64,000 nucleotides of DNA from Monocercomonoides exilis PA203 (lineage: Eukaryota; Protista; Preaxostyla). The DNA lies in the NCBI GenBank assembly GCA_001643675.2, contig LSRY02000034.1, forward strand, positions 930,001-994,000. The letters are read 5' to 3'. The translations under genes and the position numbers were made by a program. Of the stretch, positions 23,598-34,029 are shown one piece after another; position 1 is the first letter of the stretch; each line of letters opens with the position of its first letter. A model generated the notes under the pieces. The model worked only from the letters and a program-made list of their open reading frames with translations, was not told the origin of the DNA and did no database searches.

Positions 23598-25660
23598 GTA
23601 GATAGAAATTTAAATAATAAAAATTAATTGATATGTATTTATTCTTTATGAAATATAACAAATGCGGTGAATATATATATATTTTTATTTTTTTAATGTT
23701 CATTTTCAATTTTCAAATGAACAATGGGTTGTGCCGTGATCATTTTTTTATGGTATAAATTCCACGGCATTCACGTCACTGCCTGTCACTGACTTAATTC
23801 AATTCAATAAGTCATTTTTGAAAATGTTTATGTTTTTTTCAGGTTGAAACTATTCTTTTATAAAATTTTTAACTTTTTGAAGTCAGACAATTATTGTAAG
23901 AAAATAATTTTTTATTTTTTTCTGAATTTTTCTTTTATTTTTTTTTATTCATTCAAATTATAAGAGCTTGTTTTTCACAAACAGCTGTAACAAACTAATG
24001 AGATGCTTCTCAAAACATAAACAGTTGTTTGAGTTTGGACCCTGAGTTTCAGGAGCGAATGGCTGTTCGGTGGAAGGTGGTGTTTTCATCTTCTATGGCG
24101 GGGATCAGGACAGAGCGGTTAGCTTACAAAGCGCTGGCATTTGCGGAGGAGCATCTGGACAACGAGGCGAAGAAGAAGTATCATGCGGTGGTGTGCCCTC
24201 TGATATTCACGAGTGGGAGCTGGATGCAGGGAAAGCAAAAGAAGCTGTTGTTGGTGGCTGAGGAGTGCGTTATGATGGGGACAGAGCAAAGCAAGAGTTA
24301 GTCGGATGCGATTAGGGGGTGAGAGGGAGTGTGGAGAGGAAGAGCGTGGGGGCAACAAGTTAGTCCTTTCTTCCGGCGCAGAGCTGTGAGATTGATCATC
24401 AATGGGAATATACAGCTAGAGTTCGAATGGAAGGAGCTGCGATTAGCTGTTTTCACTTCCTAAAACCTGTGTGTGGAGAAAATTGAGGAGAGCGGATTGT
24501 GACACACCGTTTTGATCATGCAAGGAAGATCACCGAAAGTCAGGGAAACAGGAGGATCGGACAGGAGGTGTTTGAAAAGAGCGAAGCAGAAGAGGAGGTG
24601 ATGGAGCGGGTTGGAGGAAAAGGTGAAAAAGGGAAGGAATGGGAGGAGAAAGAGGAAGGATGAAAGTATTATGAGACATCAGCGATTGTGCCGAAGGGAA
24701 AAGGGGAAGGGGCAGGCAGGAGGCAGAGTCTGCATGAAAGGTGTTGGTGGCCGAACATCCTGTTTATTGGGATGAGAGCGGTGGAGAAGGTGGTGCTGTT
24801 AGTGACTGTGGAGTGCTGTGTGTGGCAGCAGTGACAGAGTGGAAGATCAAAGCGGAGGAAGTGGAAATGGAAGTGGAAGATGAAGAGGAATGAGAGGACG
24901 AAGCAGAGTGAGGGCTGTGGAGAAATCTGCTGCTGCAGTGATTTTTTTTCAAACAAATTCATAATAAAGTGTTTTTAATTTATATTCATTGATAAGAATT
25001 CTCTCATGTCAATAACACACAGAATAACATATCAAATGTTTTTTTTTGTTTTAATAAACAATTGTTAAATTAAAATGTTAAATCGTCTTAAGAGAATTGC
25101 AAAAAAACAATATGAAAAATATGATAATTATGTCGATTTTTGTAAAAAAAAAACTTTTTTAACATGAATAATCACTCAGATTTAAAGATTAAAAAAAATG
25201 AATAAAAATAAAAACGAGACACTGAAAATAAAGCTTCTAGAACATTTTAAAATGAATAGGTAAATCTTGATGGAAATTTCCATAGAATGATATGACTTCT
25301 GTCGAAGTGAATAATAGTACTTAAATATAACAAGATTTTTTAAAGGTTTGTTGTGGAAAAGCTATTTTTTCTTAACAATAAGAAATGTTCAAAATTGATT
25401 TATGTTATTGATTATAATCAATTATTTATTAATATAAATAAGTTTGCTTTTATCAAAAAAAAAAGTGCCGGGCACTGACTGACGGGAGCCCGACTTTTTG
25501 AAGGTGATGCAGATGTTCACTTTGTTCTTTTGTTTTTGTGATTATTATGAGCAATGTTTGTGTTGTTGTTTTCTACAAATTATGAAGATTTCGAAACAAA
25601 ATTAACACAAAAAATAAAATCTAGACGAAACATTAAACACTTGTTTCCTTTCATAAAAAA

Positions 25661-27005
25661 AGAGATATGGTATATCAGCTATGGATCCATCTCGATGAGG
25701 TCTATCAGTATTATCGATTTATGAATATCTTGTGGTTGTTATCATCTTGTATAATAAGTTGAATAGGCAATGATAATAAGATAGAGATCGATAATTATTG
25801 CTGATACTCTTAGGGGTTTCTCATGATTAGATATTCAGTGATGTTCTATATAGATGGAGTTATTGATAAGTGTAATCGAGATATATCCATAGCTGATATA
25901 CCATATCTCCTAGGAGGAGAATTAGCTAAAAGATTAACCAAAGTGTCGAACGGAGACGTAAGTCTCCTGAGGAACGTTGTTCCGAAATTGGTAAATTAAT
26001 GGTGAATTTGTGTGAAAATTGATGTTTTCGTTGATGAAATACATGATTTGAACACGTTTGTTTGTAATAACAGGTGTGTGTGTGTTAAATCTGTTGGTGT
26101 GATCGTTGGTGTGATCGTAAATAAAAATAATTGATTTTGTTTTTTTGTTTTATCGTAAATGGGTCGGAAGAAGATATACGCAACTGTGGAAGAAGCGAAA
26201 AAGGCTCAACAGAAACAAATTAAACAGTTTCAGGAAAAACGTAAAGAAGAAACTAAAGATTACAACGAACATGTAACTGAGAAACAGAAGAAGTTGATTA
26301 AGATATTGAGGAGAAAGGTTATCGAAAGTGATGAGCTGTTAGATGAGTTGATGGAAAAAGTTAGTGGTTATTGTTTGAACAAGCTTGATTGTGATAAATG
26401 TGTTAATTAATGAAATATAACTGACTACACACGTTTGTTGTATGGTTTGTTGAATCAAACAGTGGTCACGATGACGTTATAGTTGATTGCCAACATCAAT
26501 ATTTTTACTTGAAAAAGTGGTAAAACGGTAGTCAGGATACCGAATTGTGGCAATATCGAGATGCTTGGGGAAGGGAAATATTGAGTTAAATCTCCGTGCT
26601 GGAAGCGTAGTCAGGTAGTCAGGTAGTCAGGATCTTTTAAGTTCATCTGAAAAGAGCTGCCAACATGCCATTTCTGCCAACATGAGCAATTTACCCCTAA
26701 TTTACCATGATTTTGAGGTGTTTTATTTATTTTCGACTGTGTTGTCATTTTGCCACATTGCCACATGGAATCATTGATGGTATATAACAAGTGGCATACA
26801 CTTTTTGTAACGTTAGTTGTTCCAAACAGAGGTTTTGCCTGGACAGGATAAGCTGGTCAGGTAATGTGGGTGATGCTGTGGCTGGGAAATATTGAGTTAA
26901 ATCTCCGAGCTTTTCACCTGCACAGGGTGCACAGGGTGCACAGGATGCACAGGATAAATTAAATTCTCTAAAATATGTGGGCAAACGGGCAAACTGAGCA
27001 AAGTG
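25661..27005 (+). repeat. Left terminal inverted repeat (1,345 bp)
   Basis: No mismatch noticed against the right arm by eye; imperfect similarity continues ~20-30 bp further inward. Confidence 0.95.
26159..26410 (+). CDS. 83-aa basic/coiled-coil protein encoded in the left TIR
   Basis: ATG-initiated MGRKKIYATVEEAKKAQQKQIKQFQEKRKEE..., with an identical copy in the right TIR. Confidence 0.7.
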   Translation: MGRKKIYATVEEAKKAQQKQIKQFQEKRKEETKDYNEHVTEKQKKLIKILRRKVIESDELLDELMEKVSGYCLNKLDCDKCVN

Positions 27006-27151
27006 GGCTAAATAAATTTAATGTGAAAATTAACTGTTTCCGTTCTTTTTCGACATTAACTTCAACATCATCTTCCCCGTAAATTTCGTTTCAAAAATAA
27101 ATCTGTTTAAATAAAAATTTGTTTTTTTCATTTGTATTAAAATTGGCAACC

Positions 27152-29413
27152 ATGAGCAAAAGCATAATCGAATTAATCGGTGAAAACAGTCAAACGGTTC
27201 AACTCCTTATTAGCATGGAAGAAAAAACATTGAATGAAAGAATTGATTCAAACGTTGTTGATTTATTCAATTATCAAAAGCATGATGGAGGCAGTGGCTC
27301 TGTTGTTACTGGAAGAGCAGTGTTGGTGAACGAAGTGTCAAATTCAACTGTTATCGACATTGATATTAACAAATCGTTTGACGATGAGTCCAAACAATCT
27401 GTTAGATCAAAGATATTAAACAAACTTGACGAAGACGATATCGTTGTTCAAACAGCTTCTGGGGGATTACACATTTATGCAAATACCGATGACTTTTACG
27501 CCAACTCCAACAGAATGATTAAATGTTACACTTGCGATGAATTTGATGTAGATATCATGACATCGTTGGACGAAAGCAAACGATCATTAATTGTATTACC
27601 AAACAGCAAAGTGCGTAAGGATCATCGATCAAAGACAAATGTTTATCAGCTTGTTAGAGGTTCGTTTGACTCAGCAATTACACGAAATGTTAATGAAATA
27701 TTGAATGATCTCTCATTGAAACTGTTCATAAAAACATCTGACGAAATAGAGTATATCGTTAAATTAGATGACGACAATGACAATATCAGTGACGAATTAG
27801 CTAATGTTTTAGTCAACGGGTTGGAGTGTTCTGTCATACATAACGATGGGGGTAATATGCCAATCAACAGAGAAGTCACGTTTTTCACACTGTTTCAAGC
27901 AATTAATTCATTACCGAACGAGTATGTCGAATTAGCTTACGACAGAGTACTAAACAGTGACAATTTGACAGCGAACGCTCGTGATAACTATTTCATTGCA
28001 AAACAACGATACAGATGTTTGAGATCATCGCCATTTGTGTTAGTTAAGATGTACAAAATATGGAATAATGACTATTACACAAACGAGATATTACCGTTAC
28101 TGAGAAACGACACAAATATTGTTAAACCATTAGATATGTCTGAATCGTTTTCCATGACAGACATTCGACGAAAAGCTGAGACAAAACAATATAAAAACGC
28201 TGATGATGTTATTAGTGATTTGTCGAGAGTTATTCGATTTATAGAAACAGGAGCGATGTATATACAAAAAGATTTCAATATATTCGATAAACGTTGGGGG
28301 ATAACATTTATAACAGACACTAATATGACACGTAACTTAAAGATGATTAAACTGTGGAAAACTGAACATCAAACAACAACAGCATATGACATTCTACTGT
28401 CTTGTTTGTCGAAACTAACATTGCAAGGTGTTATGTTTAACGCAAAAGATACAGCTAATGCATTCTCGATATTTCAAGGTTTCAAGTACAATTTACGTGA
28501 AAGTTTCGATATGGAAACAATCTCAATGTTTCTGGACTTTGTTCGTGAGGTAATTGCTGATTCCAACAACGATGTATATGAATATGTTATTAACTGGATT
28601 GCCAACATTGTTCAACATCCTGGAATAAAAAATGAAACAGCATTGATATTGAAAGGTATTCAAGGTATTGGGAAAAACAGATTCACAGATGTTATATCTG
28701 AACTATTCGCTGGTTATTCCAGTCGAAATGTTACAGAAATTGGAGAATTGACTGGAAACTTCAACTCTGTTGTTGAAAGCAAAATGTTGATTGTTTTGAA
28801 TGAACTGAAAAATTGTGGAGACGATAGACTTGCAAATTTCAATGCGTTGAAGTCGGTAATAACAGAAAACATTATTAGAATGAACGAGAAGAATCAACCT
28901 CGTAGAACCGCTGAGAATGTAGTTAATTTTATATTTGTGACAAACCACGCATTTCCAGTCAAGATTGAAACAGGTGATAGGAGATATGTTGTTCTTGCAT
29001 GTAATGGTAAATACAAGAACAATTTCGATTATTTCAAACAATTATGTTCTTCATTTACGACAGAGTTTTATGACAATTTGCTCACATATTTGATGAACAA
29101 AGACCTTTCATCATTTAAAGTTAGATCAATACCAATGACAGAGGCTAAAATGGATATTATAGAAGCGAGCAAAAGTCCGTTGGAAATGTGGATATGCAAT
29201 CATTACGACGAGCTATGTGTTGGAATGAATTGTACAGATGCTCTCCTCTGTAAGCCTGTTGAAATCAAAGATAGAAACTTCCAACTGCAACTGATAGATA
29301 AATGTGAGCATAAACAGAAATCTATAAATGGAAAACGTTCATGGCATTATATATTGAAAGATGAATGCAAACTGTTGTACAAACAAACTGTATCTGACGA
29401 TGAGGATAATTAA
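27152..29413 (+). CDS. AEP primase-polymerase (Prim-Pol) fused to a D5/NrS-1-like superfamily 3 helicase, 753 aa, intronless
   Basis: N-terminus: VIDID, VQTASGGLHIY, DVDI, IVLPNS. C-terminus: YVINWIANIVQHPG, Walker A GIQGIGKN, Walker B LIVLNE, motif C FVTNH, Arg finger GDRRY. First ATG at 27152. Confidence 0.88.
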   Translation: MSKSIIELIGENSQTVQLLISMEEKTLNERIDSNVVDLFNYQKHDGGSGSVVTGRAVLVNEVSNSTVIDIDINKSFDDESKQSVRSKILNKLDEDDIVVQTASGGLHIYANTDDFYANSNRMIKCYTCDEFDVDIMTSLDESKRSLIVLPNSKVRKDHRSKTNVYQLVRGSFDSAITRNVNEILNDLSLKLFIKTSDEIEYIVKLDDDNDNISDELANVLVNGLECSVIHNDGGNMPINREVTFFTLFQAINSLPNEYVELAYDRVLNSDNLTANARDNYFIAKQRYRCLRSSPFVLVKMYKIWNNDYYTNEILPLLRNDTNIVKPLDMSESFSMTDIRRKAETKQYKNADDVISDLSRVIRFIETGAMYIQKDFNIFDKRWGITFITDTNMTRNLKMIKLWKTEHQTTTAYDILLSCLSKLTLQGVMFNAKDTANAFSIFQGFKYNLRESFDMETISMFLDFVREVIADSNNDVYEYVINWIANIVQHPGIKNETALILKGIQGIGKNRFTDVISELFAGYSSRNVTEIGELTGNFNSVVESKMLIVLNELKNCGDDRLANFNALKSVITENIIRMNEKNQPRRTAENVVNFIFVTNHAFPVKIETGDRRYVVLACNGKYKNNFDYFKQLCSSFTTEFYDNLLTYLMNKDLSSFKVRSIPMTEAKMDIIEASKSPLEMWICNHYDELCVGMNCTDALLCKPVEIKDRNFQLQLIDKCEHKQKSINGKRSWHYILKDECKLLYKQTVSDDEDN

Positions 29414-29464
29414 TAATAACAGAAATGTCACCGTTATATTTTATCACATTAAATGTATTTTGCT

Positions 29465-30809
29465 CACTTTGCTCAGTTTGCCCGTTTGCCCACATATTTT
29501 AGAGAATTTAATTTATCCTGTGCATCCTGTGCACCCTGTGCACCCTGTGCAGGTGAAAAGCTCGGAGATTTAACTCAATATTTCCCAGCCACAGCATCAC
29601 CCACATTACCTGACCAGCTTATCCTGTCCAGGCAAAACCTCTGTTTGGAACAACTAACGTTACAAAAAGTGTATGCCACTTGTTATATACCATCAATGAT
29701 TCCATGTGGCAATGTGGCAAAATGACAACACAGTCGAAAATAAATAAAACACCTCAAAATCATGGTAAATTAGGGGTAAATTGCTCATGTTGGCAGAAAT
29801 GGCATGTTGGCAGCTCTTTTCAGATGAACTTAAAAGATCCTGACTACCTGACTACCTGACTACGCTTCCAGCACGGAGATTTAACTCAATATTTCCCTTC
29901 CCCAAGCATCTCGATATTGCCACAATTCGGTATCCTGACTACCGTTTTACCACTTTTTCAAGTAAAAATATTGATGTTGGCAATCAACTATAACGTCATC
30001 GTGACCACTGTTTGATTCAACAAACCATACAACAAACGTGTGTAGTCAGTTATATTTCATTAATTAACACATTTATCACAATCAAGCTTGTTCAAACAAT
30101 AACCACTAACTTTTTCCATCAACTCATCTAACAGCTCATCACTTTCGATAACCTTTCTCCTCAATATCTTAATCAACTTCTTCTGTTTCTCAGTTACATG
30201 TTCGTTGTAATCTTTAGTTTCTTCTTTACGTTTTTCCTGAAACTGTTTAATTTGTTTCTGTTGAGCCTTTTTCGCTTCTTCCACAGTTGCGTATATCTTC
30301 TTCCGACCCATTTACGATAAAACAAAAAAACAAAATCAATTATTTTTATTTACGATCACACCAACGATCACACCAACAGATTTAACACACACACACCTGT
30401 TATTACAAACAAACGTGTTCAAATCATGTATTTCATCAACGAAAACATCAATTTTCACACAAATTCACCATTAATTTACCAATTTCGGAACAACGTTCCT
30501 CAGGAGACTTACGTCTCCGTTCGACACTTTGGTTAATCTTTTAGCTAATTCTCCTCCTAGGAGATATGGTATATCAGCTATGGATATATCTCGATTACAC
30601 TTATCAATAACTCCATCTATATAGAACATCACTGAATATCTAATCATGAGAAACCCCTAAGAGTATCAGCAATAATTATCGATCTCTATCTTATTATCAT
30701 TGCCTATTCAACTTATTATACAAGATGATAACAACCACAAGATATTCATAAATCGATAATACTGATAGACCTCATCGAGATGGATCCATAGCTGATATAC
30801 CATATCTCT
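29465..30809 (-). repeat. Right terminal inverted repeat (1,345 bp)
   Basis: Reverse complement of 25661-27005. Confidence 0.95.
30060..30311 (-). CDS. Second identical copy of the 83-aa TIR-encoded protein
   Basis: Identical translation to 26159-26410. Confidence 0.7.
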   Translation of the reverse strand: MGRKKIYATVEEAKKAQQKQIKQFQEKRKEETKDYNEHVTEKQKKLIKILRRKVIESDELLDELMEKVSGYCLNKLDCDKCVN

Positions 30810-31149
30810 AAGAAATGAGTTTGTTGACATGAAAAACGAGAAATAAAAGAGCCAATATTGCATATAACATTCTTCATTAATTGTGAAAAAATATAAATGA
30901 AAAGTTTTAGCAAATCTTTTGAAAAGCAGTATTCTTTCAATTGGAATAAGAAAAAAATATGTTAGAATTTTTCTCACATTTTTTATTTTTATTATTGGAC
31001 AAAAGAAGGCAAAGAAAAACATCGGAAACAAGATGAAAAATCATTTAAATAACAAATATTATTGATATATACACAATAAGATTGTTTATTGACTTTTATT
31101 GAATTTTGTCAACTCTTTGAAATTTTGAAAAATACCAAACTTTCGACTT

Positions 31150-31373
31150 TGTTTGAAAGTTTTTCGATATTGAAAAATTTTTGGTGTAGTAAAAAACGAA
31201 AGAAAAACATTTCCGATAAATAAACATTTGTTACTATTAACATTTGTTTCAATAAAACTTTTTTGGTTTTGACTTTAATTGAAATTCTGAACTAATTAAC
31301 TTCTTTTTCGATTTTGAATTAAAGTTTTTCGATCTTGAATTAAATTTTTTATATGTTGAATAATTTTTGGTGT
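31150..31373. repeat. Partial copies of the 22831-23597 MITE right end
   Basis: gtaaaaaacgaaagaaaaacatttcc...gttgaataatttttggtgt matches ~23393-23597. Confidence 0.65.
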
Positions 31374-31439
31374 TACTGATATCGAAAAATCGATTTTTTC
31401 TTTAAAAAAAAAAAAAAAAAAAAGTCAAGAAATCAGAAG

Positions 31440-32170
31440 AAAGGCAAGAAGCGAGATGAGCGATCGAGAATCAATCATAAGTTGCAATCGTCTTCAAACT
31501 ATTATTTTGACTGTTGGAGAAGGTTGATGAGAAAGAAGAGACAAGGAAGAGATTACCATCCATCTTATAAATTTAAACAGCAAAAACAGATTCAACATTT
31601 GTTCGGGGGGAGGATTTGTGTCCAACCACCTCATCAATGTCGAATCTGGTAAATGCAATGGCCTGTTCATCACCTCATGAGAAGCTGATTGTGGATTTGA
31701 GAGATTCTTTGTTCATGCTTTTGCATGGAAGGAATGAGAAGAAGGAAATAGCGATAGGCTGTAAAAAATAAAGGAAGATTACTGATGTTCAGTCATGTTC
31801 TGGGTGGCTAATCTTGCGCTCCTTTCATTTGATGAAATGGACAGCCCACTTCCGTCATTGGTCAATCTGAGTCCACATATTGTATTGTTCTCAGAACATA
31901 TGGAAATCTGCATTGTGATGCATTCTGATTTGCTTTTATCTGATGACTCAGATTCATCGTCGATTTCTTCATCAATAGTTGCCACTTCTGTAAGTGATGA
32001 TAACGACAATGATAGTGATTCCCTTCCCTCATCGGAGTCTTAGGATGATGAGAACAACAGAAAAGAGTGTTTGAGATGGAAGGCACCCGAGCTTCTGATG
32101 AACAAAAAGATGGGAGCAACAAAAGAGTCAGTTGCCTTTTCGGTTGAAATTATGCGCTGTGTCTGAGGTT
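31440..32170 (+). pseudogene. Degenerate kinase-like C-terminal fragment of a lineage-expanded protein family
   Basis: WVANLALL..LSPHIVLFSEHM.. then RWKAPELLMNKKMGATKESVAFS (kinase subdomain VIII-IX-like), with stops. Confidence 0.55.
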
Positions 32171-34029
32171 GTAGATCCCATCAAAAGAGCAGGAAAATAA
32201 GTGAGAAGATAGAAGATTGCTGGAATAGATATAACAAAAAGCGGTTAAATAACTTCACTTTGAAGCCTCGTTGATAGCTAACTTGATGGTTCTTCTCAAA
32301 TCGTGTGTCGAATGTTAACATTCAAAAAGAATTCCTTTTGCTTCTCGCTCCATGTATTTTCATGATTTTATTCTCATCTGTTACAGTTCGTAAAACATTT
32401 GTTGATCGCTCAGCCATAAAACCGATTCAGCAAGCTTATTTTCAGTGAAAGAGAAATTGTGTTCGTGAAGAAAGAGGAGAAGTTGCAAAAACATGCTATG
32501 AAGAGATTGACGAACAGAATGAAGAAATTGACTTCAAAATTGATATTTCTGTTAAATTGTTTTTCGCACTTTGAGCATTTTTTAATTAAATTCATCAATC
32601 CATGTTTTGTGAGTAGCCTATTTCGCATCTTAACGTTCAAAATTCGAAATCTTCATCAATTTATTGTCAGTTTCCACAATTATCTTTCACTTCATTCCTC
32701 ATTTGTCAGACGAAGTCAGTTACAGAGGATAATAAAACAGCAGAAAAACGAATATCCAACATGTTAGACCACAATCTGTTATATATTCATTCAACATGGG
32801 AAGATCATTCCATAAACAAAATAGTGTCAATTGCCGAAAGGCAGTCACGGCATTTCCGATCAAGCAGTTTTCTACTCTATGAACTTTTTTCGATCCTCAA
32901 AATGTATTTGAAGAGCTAACAAATTCATTTAAGCGTTTTCTTCCTCCTCTTCACTTGAGTCATTTATCTTTTCTGAGTGCTTTTCCTCTTCAATATCATT
33001 CTTTGCAACAAATCTCATGTAGATTCGTTGGATCATTATGTGATAGCTGCTGAATCTAACAAATCTAACCACATAATCCATCACAAGCTCTGCCATCTCT
33101 TGCACCTTCTCTATACTTTCTCCAACATTCCATAAAAGCTAGTTTTTGCCAAGTTACTTCGTTTTCCAGCTTCTTCGCCACATGCCTTGACAGCGGAGAA
33201 CGCGATACCAGACACATCATCGCTAACAATTTCAGTGATATCAAACAGATTGTTGATCAATGGACACACGTTCACAACTGCAAACAGAATAATTCGTTTG
33301 CTTTCAGAAAATCTTATTCAATATCGCGGCAAGAGACGGAAGCCAAGTCATTCAAGAAGGAGCTTTTTGTTTAATATTGACTGAAGAGTCAAAGCTGAAA
33401 GGTGACTGAAGTTCAGAAACGAGAGACGTTTGATTTGAAGATGATGACAGTGGTTTGGCTGTTGAAGAGTTTCTAAAAAATTGATGCTCGAAGCTCTTTG
33501 ATTTCGCCAAACTAGTTGAGAATGAAGGTTGGAGAATGAATGAAGAAGTCACCGAAGAAAGAGAAGGACTTGTATTTTATTTTGTTCGAGACAAAGACTC
33601 CGAAGGAATCGAGTGGAAAGGCATCAAAAATCTGATAAATCTGCTCATTTGGCTAAAAAAATTGAAAAAGAGATTGTTTCTATCAGCATAAAATTGAGAA
33701 TTCTGTTGTTTCTCTTTCGTATTTAGTATTCTCATTGGCTTCTCTGTTTCCACTTGATATGAAAAACACTTCTTGCAACATTGTACATTTATTTCGGAAT
33801 AATCTGCTTCTTTTTCCTCTCCTTCGCTTCTTTCATCTCATTAAACAAAAAAGGAAACAGAAACCTCCTTTATCTTCAATGCATTCACTAGCCAAGCCTG
33901 CTGTAAACACTCAACCACATCGCAACATAATTTTAGCAAGGTAACATTTCTGGATCAGATCGTATTTTTGTACAGCGCATAACAATTCACAGATAAATTA
34001 AATAGTTTGCTCAGATTACGATTGAAGCA

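Larger units (their letters stand above)
25661..30809. mobile_element. 5,149-bp primase-helicase-encoding element with 1,345-bp terminal inverted repeats (putative integrated linear replicon)
   Basis: 25661-27005 is the reverse complement of 29465-30809. The unique core holds one ORF. Ends are 5'-AGAGATATGG...CCATATCTCT-3'. Confidence 0.9.

Noticed and set aside
26745-26984. 79/90-aa 'CASCAPCAPC' ORFs in the TIRs
   Set aside because: Non-ATG starts, and the Cys pattern is just the 9-bp TGCACAGGR tandem repeat.
25661-30809. Calling the element a Polinton, Helitron, parvovirus or bacterial contaminant
   Set aside because: It has no pPolB, integrase, capsid or HUH motifs, and it is embedded between host-type repeats on a contig with intron-containing genes.
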